Shown here: positions 30,522-39,235 of the stretch, one piece after another
Layout of the letters: each line of letters begins with the position of its first letter
How positions within the stretch are numbered: position 1 is the first letter of the stretch
Assembly (NCBI GenBank): GCA_963714525.1
Contig: CAVQPB010000001.1
Location: 21,495-85,494 of the forward strand
DNA: 64,000 nt
DNA from: an uncultured Pseudomonadota bacterium
Lineage (GTDB): Bacteria > Pseudomonadota > Gammaproteobacteria > Burkholderiales > JALYOK01
Direction: 5' to 3'
Notes under the pieces: model-generated
The model's database searches: none
Told to the model about the DNA's origin: nothing
Seen by the model: the letters and a program-made list of their open reading frames with translations, nothing else
Program-made: the position numbers and the translations under genes

Positions 30522-31353
30522 ATGCCACGTATCGCGCGTAAGCAAATACTCGAAAAATTTCGCGGCATGATCAGCCGAGGCGAACCCATCGTCGGCGGCG
30601 GCGCCGGGACAGGGTTGTCGGCAAAATGCGAGGAAGACGGCGGCATCGATCTCATCGTTATTTACAATTCAGGCCGTTACCGCATGGCCGGGCGCGGATC
30701 GCTGGCGGGCTTGCTGGCCTACGGCAATGCCAACGACATCGTAATCGAAATGGCGCGGGAGGTATTGCCGGTGGTAAAGAATACGCCGGTGCTCGCTGGT
30801 GTGAATGGAACCGACCCGTTCATGATCACCGATCATTTGCTGCGCCAATTAGGTGACCTCGGATTTTCCGGCATACAGAACTTTCCCACCGTCGGGCTGA
30901 TCGATGGCACTTTCCGCAAGAATTTGGAAGAGACCGGCATGGGATACGCGCTTGGAAGTTGAGATGATCCGACGCGCCCATGAATTCGATATGCTCACGA
31001 CCCCCTATGTGTTTTGCGAAGACGATGCGCGTGCCATGACCAGCGCCGGCGCCGACCTGGTCGTCTGCCACATGGGATTGACGACCGGTGGTGCAATCGG
31101 CGCCGAGACCGCGCTGACCTTGAAAGACTGCGTACCCATAATCAATGCATGGGCGCACGCAGCGAAATCGGTGAATCCCGACGTCATCGTCCTGTGCCAC
31201 GGCGGACCGATATCGATGCCGGCCGATGCGACCTATATTCTGAAGAATTGCCCGGCAGTTCACGGTTTTTATGGCGCGTCCAGCATGGAACGCTTGCCGA
31301 CGGAACTCGCGCTTACCGAGCAGACACGAAAATTTAAGCAAATTACTCGATAA
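30522..31353 (+). CDS. Phosphoenolpyruvate-hydrolase-like TIM-barrel protein (usual partner of UPF0261), with an apparent +1 frameshift near 30947
   Basis: [52 protein letters not shown]... continues in frame +1 as [41 protein letters not shown]... These are two ORF-track pieces, 30522-30962 and 30904-31353. Confidence 0.7.
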
Positions 31354-31370
31354 AGGTAATGGAGGACTTA

Positions 31371-33050
31371 TGACTGGCGCGCAATTTGGTTCTTTCCTAG
31401 TCGGACTGATCGCAGTCGCGATCGTCGTGGCTATCCTGGTCTGGCTGTTGCACTGGCTTTATCTACGTTCGTCAAAAGAACGGGCGTTTGTGCGCACCGG
31501 ATTGGGTGGACAAAAAGTCGTTCTCAACGGCGGCGCTTTCGTATTGCCCATCGTGCACGACGTCATTCCGGTCAACATGAATACTCTGCGGCTAGAAGTG
31601 TCTCGTGGCCGCGATAAAGCGTTGATCACCAAGGATCGCATGCGGGTGGATGTGATCGCGGAGTTTTATGTGCGCGTGCAAGAGAGTACCCAAGCCATCG
31701 CCAATGCCGCACAAACTCTGGGTCTGCGCACCATGCAGCCCGAGGCGCTAAAAGAATTGACCGAAGGTAAATTTGTCGATGCCTTGCGTACGGCCGCAGC
31801 GGAAATGACCATGGAGGATTTACACGAAAAGCGTGGCGAGTACATCCGCCGTGTGCGCAATACCGTCGCGGAGGATTTGCTCAAGAATGGCTTGGAATTG
31901 GAATCCGCGTCGCTGACGCAACTCGATCAAACCGCCATGGAGTATTTCAATCCAAGCAATGCCTTCGATGCCGAAGGTTTGACGCGTTTAACGGAAACCA
32001 TCGAGAGCCGTAAGAAGAAGCGCAACGACATCGAGCAGGATACGCTGATTCAGATTCGCAACAAGAATCTGGAAGCTGAGAAAATCAGTTTGAATATCGA
32101 CCGCGAAGCCGAAAGCGCGCGGTTGGAGCAAGAACGCGAATTGGAGATCGCCCGCGCGACGCAGCGTTCACAACTCGCGCGCGAACGGTCGCTGCAACAA
32201 CAAGAGGCGGAACGCGCGGAAATCTCGGCTCGCGAGACGGTCGACCGCTCCCGCATCGTGTCGGAAAAGGCGGTGGAATCGGAGCGCATCGCGCGCGAGC
32301 GCGAACTGCAACGGGCGGAAATCGAACGCCGCACCACGATAGAATTGGCGGAACAAGATCGCGCTATTGCGATCGCCCAGCAATCCAAAGCCCAGTCTGA
32401 AGCGCAAGCCCTGGCGGATCAAGCGCGAGCGAAAGCCGTGACCGAAGAGGAGCGCGTGTTTACCGCGCGCGAAACGGAAATGGCAAATCGCAAGAAACAA
32501 ATCGAACTCATCAGCGCTTCGCAAGACGCCGAGCGCGACGCGCTGCGCATACGCGTCGCTGCGGAAGCCGAGAAGTTGGCCGCCGCCGACCGTGGCATTC
32601 GCGGTGCGTGCCGAAGCGGAAGCATGGGCTGACGGCGATAAAATTCGGTCCCTCGCCGCCAAGATTCGTCATGAAGTCGAAGCCGAAGGTGCGCGTCTCA
32701 TGAACCAGGCGCAGAACGTCCTGACCCCCGAAGCGCGACTGTCCGTTATGCGAATGCGCTTGATCGACAAGCTGGAAGGTATCATCCGCGAGTCCGTCAA
32801 ACCGATGGAAAAAATCGAAGGCATCAAGATTTTGCAAGTCAACGGGCTGGGTGGCGGCGGCCAGATGGGGTCGGACTCGGGTGGGGCAGGTTTAGCCGAC
32901 AGCTTGGTCAATTCCGCGTTGCGCTTCCGTGCGCAGGCGCCGCTGGTGGATCAACTGCTGCGCGAAATCGGCATCGAAGGCGGCGAGATCGGTAAGATTG
33001 CACAGTCGGTTAGCGCGAGCCTGCCAACGGCAACGGCGGAGGAAAACTAA
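31371..33050 (+). CDS. Flotillin-family (SPFH/band-7) membrane protein, with an apparent +1 frameshift near 32592
   Basis: RBS GGAGG before the ATG at 31371. N-terminal TM helix, SPFH domain, then a long coiled-coil rich in EAERAE repeats. The C-terminal flotillin tail (VAFAVRAEAEAWADGDKIRS...) continues in the +1 frame (ORF 32592-33050). Confidence 0.75.
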
Positions 33051-33053
33051 TCC

Positions 33054-33494
33054 GTGGTTCGCGTTTACACCTCCAGCGTGATCGATGCGGCGGCAGAATC
33101 GGTTTGGGATGTCGTGCGTGATTTCAACGCGCTGTCGCGCTGGCATCCGCTGATCGTCGATTCTCGCATCGAAAATAGTCAAGCTTCCGATAAAGTCGGT
33201 TGCATACGCGAGATACGGCTACGCGATGGCGGACGCATACGCGAACAATTGCTGACTCTTTCGGACTTCGATTATCAATGCACCTATTCGATACTTGAAT
33301 CGCCGATGCCGTTGGCAAACTACATCGCAACGCTGAAATTGACACCGATCACTGACGGCAATCGAGCCTTTGCCGAGTGGAGCGCGGAGTTCGATTGCGA
33401 CGAGGCGCAGGAGCGCGAGTTGGCGGAGAACATCGGCCAAAGTGTCTTTCAAGCGGGCTTCAACGCGCTGAAGCAGCGCTTTGCGCGTAAATAA
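33054..33494 (+). CDS. SRPBCC-superfamily (polyketide-cyclase/START-like) protein
   Basis: 146 aa. ...WDVVRDFNALSRWHPLIVDS... pattern. GTG start with a GGAGGA RBS. Confidence 0.65.
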   Translation: MVRVYTSSVIDAAAESVWDVVRDFNALSRWHPLIVDSRIENSQASDKVGCIREIRLRDGGRIREQLLTLSDFDYQCTYSILESPMPLANYIATLKLTPITDGNRAFAEWSAEFDCDEAQERELAENIGQSVFQAGFNALKQRFARK

Positions 33495-33516
33495 ACAAGT
33501 GGTCATTGCGAGCCTT

Positions 33517-33593
33517 GTAGGGTGGATCAAGCGCAGCGGATCCACCAATCGGCGCAAGCTGGATCCGCTGCGCTTGATCCACCCTACCTTTTT
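33517..33593. terminator. REP-like perfect palindrome (same family as 15524 and 35086) followed by a T-run; likely also a transcription terminator
   Basis: gtagggtggatcaagcgcagcggatccacc...ggatccgctgcgcttgatccaccctac is an exact reverse complement pair, followed by TTTTT. Confidence 0.7.
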
Positions 33594-33614
33594 CGCGATG
33601 ACAATGGTTAATTC

Positions 33615-34107
33615 ATGATCCGCGTCACTCGCTCAACCGTTATCAACGCCCCCATCGATCGCGTCTGGTCGGTGCTGCGGGATTTCAATAGCCACACGGT
33701 GTGGCACCCCGTGGTCGCGGAGTCGGCGATCGAAGGTGACGAGCCCTCCGATCGCGTCGGTTGCGTGCGGCGCTTTCGCTTGCAGAGATGGCGCGCGAAT
33801 TCGCGAACAGTTGCTGTCATTATCCGACCGCGATTATCGTCTTACCTATTGCATCCTCGACGCCGATATTCCTCTGGAACGCTACGTCGCCACCGTGCAA
33901 CTCAAACCGGTCACCGATGGCGACGGCACCTTCTGGCATTGGCAATCGACGTTCCGCACGCCCCGTGGCCGCGAGCAAGAACTTGCCGAGATGGTGGGCA
34001 ACGGTGTCTATGAAGCGGGATTTGCCGGTGTCGCAAAAATGTTTGCCGAGCGCAGGACAACAGCCATGCCGCGGATCGCGAATCGTGCGGCGGCGCGCAG
34101 CCGAGCA
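33615..34107 (+). CDS. Second SRPBCC paralog, with an apparent +1 frameshift near 33778; reads in-frame into the downstream quinone oxidoreductase
   Basis: MIRVTRSTVINAPIDRVWSVLRDFNSHTVWHPVVAES...VGCVRRFRL continues in frame +1 as RDGARIREQLLSLSDRDYRLTYCILD... It parallels paralog 1 residue for residue. No stop occurs before the Qor-like domain. Confidence 0.6.
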
Positions 34108-35071
34108 ATGGTGTTCGATCGTGCCGGTGGACCCGAAGTATTAGTCGCTCGCGAGCTGGAGGTAAGGGCGCCGCAAGCAGGTGAAGTGCGGATTCGCCAC
34201 AGCGCAATCGGCATTAATTATCTGGATGTTTACATACGCCGCGGCTTGGTGCCCCTCGCGCAGCCCGGTGAAGCGCTTGGTGTCGAAGCAGCCGGCGTGG
34301 TGGTCGATGCCGGCGATGGTGTAACCCATGTCATGTCCGGCGATCGCGTTGCCTATCTTGGGTTACCCACTGGCAGCTACTGCGATTTGCGCACGGTGTC
34401 GGCGGATCAAGTCGTACCCTTGCCGGCCAATGTCGACGATGAAACGGCGGCGGCCGCATTTCTCAAAGGGCTTACCGCCGAATATTTATTGCACCGCATC
34501 CATATGCTGAAGCCCAGCGAAGTAGTGTTGGTGCACGCTGCCGCGGGAGGACTCGGCGTGATCGTTGCGAGCTGGGCGCGCTCCCTCGGCGCGACGGTTA
34601 TCGGCACCGTATCGTCGGAAGAAAAAGCGCGGCTCGCCCGCGATCACGGTTGCCATCACGTCGTCGTCACGCGCGACTATGTAGTTCGCCGACACCGTCA
34701 TGCAAGCCAGCGGTGGTCACGGTGCGGATTTGATCATCGACGGTTTGGGTCAGCAAGCGATGAGTGAAAACATCGCGGCGCTGGCGATGTTCGGCCACTG
34801 GGTCAGTGTGGGCCAGGCCAGCGGCGGAATTGCCGCCGTCGATCCACACCTATTGCTCGCTAAGAGCGCAACGTTTTCCGCACCCGCCGTGTTGCATTAC
34901 ACCAGCGATCCGATGCGCCTCGCACAAATGGCCGATCGCCTGTGGAATGCGATTCAATCGGGCGCCGCGCGGCCGCACATCGGCGCGCGCTACCCGTTGT
35001 CTGCGGCAAGGGAAGCGCATCGCGACCTCGAATCTCGCGCGACGCGCGGCTCCTTACTCCTGATCCCATAA
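34108..35071 (+). CDS. Zn-independent quinone oxidoreductase/MDR-family NAD(P)H oxidoreductase (Qor-like), with an apparent +1 frameshift near 34680
   Basis: MVFDRAGGPEVLVARELEVRAPQAGEVRIRHSAIGINYLDVY...AAGGLGV is a Rossmann GxGxxG. The C-terminal part continues in ORF 34700-35071. Confidence 0.7.
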
Positions 35072-35085
35072 AATCAAGCAAGCGA

Positions 35086-35240
35086 GGGTAGGGTGCGCAA
35101 TGCGCACGTGCGCTCTTGCGCTGCGCTGAACAAGGGAATCCGCGTGCGCGTTGCGCACCCTACCATGCCTGGGAGCCGCATGGATATTGCCTCTCAGGCA
35201 TGGCATTGCTGGGAGGCAAGCGGGATGTGGCTCCTGGCGC
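35086..35240. repeat. REP-like compound palindrome (gggtagggtgcgcaatgcgcacg...cgtgcgcgttgcgcaccctacc plus a second ggcatg palindrome)
   Basis: Shares the terminal gggtagggtg/caccctacc arms with the copies at 15524 and 33517. Confidence 0.65.
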
Positions 35241-35336
35241 GGTGTCAGCGTTCAATTCCAGCTAATCTCTTCTTGTCGCCATCCAGAACTTAAGGCGATA
35301 ATTCGCGTTTGTGGATTCTTTAATTTTGCGAGTTAC

Positions 35337-35888
35337 ATGAATTTTTCTTCGCCCGTTAAGTACACCGGTATTGCCATCGGACTGCATTGGTTGGTCGCGC
35401 TGATGATCATCGCTAATTTCGGCTTGGGTTTAACCATGGTCGAGATGCAGTTATCGCCGCAGAAGCTGAAGTTTTTTTCCTGGCACAAATGGGTGGGTGT
35501 GACGATATTCCTGGTCGTTTGTTTACGTTTGTTATGGCGGCTCGGGCACGCCGCGCCGCCGCTGCCCGGCAGCATGCCGGCGTGGCAAGCGAAGGCGGCC
35601 CACTTAAGTCACGTCTTGCTCTATGTCTTAATGTTCGTGATTCCGTTCTCCGGCTGGCTGTATAGTTCGGCCGCCGGGAAGTCGGTCGTTTATCTGGGTC
35701 TCATCCCGTTGCCCGATCTCGTTCAAGCGGATAAGGCCTTGTCCGAGACGCTTAAGTTTGTTCATATTTATTTGAATTACACATTGGCCGCATTCGTGTT
35801 GCTGCATATCGCCGCCGCTTGGAAACACCATCTGGTGGACCGCGACGAAGTAATGACGCGCATGCTGCCGTTTTTATCGAAAAAATAG
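35337..35888 (+). CDS. Cytochrome b561 family protein (CybB-like)
   Basis: MNFSSPVKYTGIAIGLHWLVALMII...HKWVG...H, four TM helices with bis-His ligands. Confidence 0.8.
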   Translation: MNFSSPVKYTGIAIGLHWLVALMIIANFGLGLTMVEMQLSPQKLKFFSWHKWVGVTIFLVVCLRLLWRLGHAAPPLPGSMPAWQAKAAHLSHVLLYVLMFVIPFSGWLYSSAAGKSVVYLGLIPLPDLVQADKALSETLKFVHIYLNYTLAAFVLLHIAAAWKHHLVDRDEVMTRMLPFLSKK

Positions 35889-35896
35889 GGATAGAT

Positions 35897-36460
35897 ATGT
35901 TAAAGAAGGTATTGTGTGGTGGCGTGATGGTGTTGCTCGGCGCGGCGCCCGTTTTCGCAGAACAACAACTGGTGCCGGCTAAAAGTGAAATTAAATTTTC
36001 CGGCAAACAGATGGGCGTCGCACAGGATGGCAAGTTCGGTAAGTTCAGCGCGAAGGTAAATCTCGATCCGAAAAAGCCTGAAGCGAGTCGGGCAGAGATC
36101 ACGATCGATCTTGCCAGCATCGATCTCGGCAGCGCGGAGGCGAACACCGAGGTGATTCGTCCGGCGTGGTTCGATACGGCGAAATTCCCACAAGCAAAGT
36201 TCGTCTCCTCTAGCGTAAAGAGCGGCGCGGGCGGTAAGTTCGAAATGCGCGGTAAACTAACCATCAAAGGCACGACGAAAGATGTGGTCGTACCGTTTAG
36301 CATAAAGGAAGCGGGTGGTATGACTACCGCCGACGGTACGATCGAAATCAAGCGCTTGGATTTCAAAGTCGGCGATGGCGTGTGGGACGATTTGGAGACG
36401 GTTGCGAACGAAGTTCAAATACGATTTCTTTTGACCTTGTCGGGCGCCCCGGCGAAGTAA
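35897..36460 (+). CDS. YceI-family periplasmic polyisoprenoid-binding protein
   Basis: Signal peptide plus the YceI pattern (...IKFSGKQMGV...GKFGKFSAKV...MRGKLTIKG...). This is the classic cybB-yceI pairing. Confidence 0.85.
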   Translation: MLKKVLCGGVMVLLGAAPVFAEQQLVPAKSEIKFSGKQMGVAQDGKFGKFSAKVNLDPKKPEASRAEITIDLASIDLGSAEANTEVIRPAWFDTAKFPQAKFVSSSVKSGAGGKFEMRGKLTIKGTTKDVVVPFSIKEAGGMTTADGTIEIKRLDFKVGDGVWDDLETVANEVQIRFLLTLSGAPAK

Positions 36461-36506
36461 ATCACTCGCCGTCCGATTACGATGATAATTTTTTTAATGC
36501 GCAATA

Positions 36507-37334
36507 ATGATAACAATGCAATCTACGCCGGTGCACCGAGCGTTATCCTGGCTGGTATTTTCGTCTCTGAGTTACGTAGCGTTTGCCCACGGCGCTGAAC
36601 CGGATCCGCCCGTTCCAAGTCCGCCGCAGGCAACAGCGAAACCGGATACAGCGCAGGGTCCGACCGTTATACGCCGCCGCGTAACGATATTGGATGAATA
36701 CACCGCCTTGCCGCAAGGCGATAGCCGTAACCGTTTATTGCTTAATGTGACTTATTCTTTTGGCGCCAAACGTGACTATGGGTTGACCGTCGAAGTGCCT
36801 TACGCCGACTATCGTGCTGTACCCCTTGCCAAGTCCGAACATGGGCTGGGTGATATCCGCATGTTTTTGATCCATCCCTTCGCCACCCAGGGGAAACTCA
36901 TTCATTCTTACGCTCTCGAAACCTATTTCAACACCGCCAGCGAGCTGACGTTAGGGCAGGGGAGTACGACGTTGTTGCCGTCCTATGCGCTGACCTATCG
37001 CCATAGCAAAGCGTTCCAGCTCATCGGTCTAGTGCAGTATCAATTTGATGTGCAACGCGACGCGGGTGTGGATCGCACGCGTATGTTGAATCTTCGCCCG
37101 TTCATGATCCTGAATTTTCCCGGCGATTGGTATTCGATCTCCGAGGTTAAAGCGGTACTCGATTTCGAACACGATAACCAGTGGTCCGTGGTCGCGACTA
37201 CATCGCTCGGCCGATTATTTGGCGAACGCAAGCAATGGGCTGTGTTCGGTGTGGTCGGTGGCCCCCTCAATGATTTTGCCCATGACTTTGTGCAGAAATA
37301 TCAGTTCAAAGCCGGATTCAATTATTTTTTCTAG
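36507..37334 (+). CDS. Putative outer-membrane beta-barrel protein (C-terminal ...GFNYFF)
   Basis: Signal peptide, alternating amphipathic beta-strands and a terminal aromatic residue. Possibly the MetA-pathway/transport OMP family. Confidence 0.5.
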   Translation: MITMQSTPVHRALSWLVFSSLSYVAFAHGAEPDPPVPSPPQATAKPDTAQGPTVIRRRVTILDEYTALPQGDSRNRLLLNVTYSFGAKRDYGLTVEVPYADYRAVPLAKSEHGLGDIRMFLIHPFATQGKLIHSYALETYFNTASELTLGQGSTTLLPSYALTYRHSKAFQLIGLVQYQFDVQRDAGVDRTRMLNLRPFMILNFPGDWYSISEVKAVLDFEHDNQWSVVATTSLGRLFGERKQWAVFGVVGGPLNDFAHDFVQKYQFKAGFNYFF

Positions 37335-37361
37335 CGAACGAATTACGACAGGCTCACAACC

Positions 37362-38798
37362 ATGGCCAATCCCCCATCGTTTCACATGACCGCCGAGGAA
37401 TTCCGCCGCCACGGTAAAGAAGTCGTCGACTGGATTGCGGATTATTACGAGCGGGTCGAGTCGCTGCCGGTGTTATCGCAGGTCAAACCCGGCGAAATTC
37501 GCGCGTCGCTCCCGGCGCACGCTCCGCAGCAAGGCGAATCGTTCCGCGCCATGCTATCCGACATCGATCGATTGATCATGCCCGGCATCACCCACTGGCA
37601 GTCGCCGAATTTCTTTGCTTACTTTCCAGCCAATACCTCGGCGCCGTCGATCTTGGGCGAAATGCTGTCGGCAGGGCTGGGCGTGCAAGGGATGTTGTGG
37701 GCGACAAGTCCAGCTTGCACGGAACTGGAAACCCATGTGCTCGATTGGCTCGTGGACATGCTGGAGTTACCGTCCAAGTTCAAATCGAGCGGCAACGGCG
37801 GCGGTGTGATTCAAGATACTGCATCGAGCGCGGCGCTGTGCGCGGTGCTCGCAGCGCGCGAGCGAGCGACGGATTTCGCCGTTAATGAACAAGGCGGTAA
37901 TGGCAAGCTGGTGGCGTACACCTCCAACCAAGCCCATTCCTCCGTCGAAAAAGCGGTCAAGATCGCCGGGCTCGGCCGTAAGAATTTACGGCTGATCGAT
38001 GTCGATGAAAATTTTGCGTTGCGGGCTGATTTACTGCTCGCGCAAATCCGAAAAGACAAAGCAGAAGGGTTAGTCCCATGCTTTGTTTCCGCGACCGTGG
38101 GCACCACGTCATCTAACGGCCTAGATCCGCTGCGGGCTATCGGCGAGATCTGCCACGCAGAAAATATTTGGTTCCACGTCGATGGCGCCATGGCGGGCAC
38201 CGCCGCGCTGTGTCCGGAATTTCGTTATATCCAAGATGGCGTGGAACTCGCCGACAGTTATTGCTTCAATCCGCACAAATGGATGTTTACTAATTTCGAT
38301 TGCGATTGCTTTTATGTCGCCGACCGTGCGGTACTGATCAAGACCCTTAGCATCCTGCCGGAATTTTTACGTAATCAAGCGACCGAATCAGGAGCCGTGA
38401 TCGATTATCGCGATTGGCATGTCCCCCTGGGCCGCCGCTTTCGCGCGTTGAAATTGTGGTTTGTAATTCGCCATTACGGCGTCGAAGGATTGCAACACCA
38501 CATTCGAGAACACGTGAACATCGCCCAACAATTCGCACGCTGGGTGAGCGAGTCGTCAACTTTCGAATTAGCGGCGCCCGCGCCGCTGAATCTAGTGTGC
38601 TTCCGCCACCGCGATGGCGATGAGATCAACCGCCGGATACTCGAGCGACTCAATGAATCCGGCGAAATGTACCTTACTCATACAGCGTTAAATGGAAAAT
38701 TTACCTTGCGCCTTTGCGTGGGTCAGACGCAAACGGAAGCACGCCATGTCGAGCGCGCGTGGAAATTGATCCAGGCTGCAAGCCAAGCACAGAGCTAG
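37362..38798 (+). CDS. Pyridoxal-phosphate-dependent aromatic-L-amino-acid/tyrosine decarboxylase (group II)
   Basis: ...HWQSPNFFAYFPANTS...S-x-x-K (NPHKW) lysine region. 478 aa, a good group-II decarboxylase pattern. Confidence 0.85.
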   Translation: MANPPSFHMTAEEFRRHGKEVVDWIADYYERVESLPVLSQVKPGEIRASLPAHAPQQGESFRAMLSDIDRLIMPGITHWQSPNFFAYFPANTSAPSILGEMLSAGLGVQGMLWATSPACTELETHVLDWLVDMLELPSKFKSSGNGGGVIQDTASSAALCAVLAARERATDFAVNEQGGNGKLVAYTSNQAHSSVEKAVKIAGLGRKNLRLIDVDENFALRADLLLAQIRKDKAEGLVPCFVSATVGTTSSNGLDPLRAIGEICHAENIWFHVDGAMAGTAALCPEFRYIQDGVELADSYCFNPHKWMFTNFDCDCFYVADRAVLIKTLSILPEFLRNQATESGAVIDYRDWHVPLGRRFRALKLWFVIRHYGVEGLQHHIREHVNIAQQFARWVSESSTFELAAPAPLNLVCFRHRDGDEINRRILERLNESGEMYLTHTALNGKFTLRLCVGQTQTEARHVERAWKLIQAASQAQS

Positions 38799-38963
38799 TC
38801 TTCAAGATATCTGGCCTGAGAGGCATACTGGGTGCGGCTGCTGGCGATGCCTCTCAGTACGAATTATCGCGTTCCAAAATGCTACACGACGCGATGTCCG
38901 AAAAGCATTGCGACGTCATCTCAAAATCTCCCAACGTAGCAAAGTTATTTCCAGAAATCAGTC

Positions 38964-39174
38964 AAGCCACATAGTTTGCTCGCTCTACTACTTTTGGCTT
39001 AATCCTTTTGGCATATTGTAGAGCGTTAGAAATACGCGCACATTCGCTACTCGTTGTACAAAGCAGCTCCCAGAGGGGCTGCTATAAAACGATGGCCTGC
39101 GATATGCGTTGCGCATCCAAATGATTACACATTGTTGGGTTCCTCATTCACCCCAATTTACCACTCTAAACTTG
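38964..39174 (+). repeat. Copy A of a ~205-bp direct repeat (putative shared promoter/5' leader), ~60 nt upstream of the protease start
   Basis: ~80% identical to 41494-41698. Conserved blocks include ctactacttttg(g/a)cttaatccttttggcatattgt, ttagaaatacgcgcacattc, ttgtacaaag, a conserved hairpin (cagctccc...ggggctg), ttgcgcatccaaa and cattcacccca. Confidence 0.7.
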
Positions 39175-39235
39175 TGCTGCACGACCAGTGTTTCGCTCGC
39201 GATTGACCACGAAGCTAACTGAATTGGAGAACGAG

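Noticed and set aside
38714-38974. ORFs 38714-38974 and 41283-41534 overlapping the 205-bp repeats
   Set aside because: They read through the non-coding repeat copies in different frames and have no conserved protein sequence between copies, so they are likely spurious.
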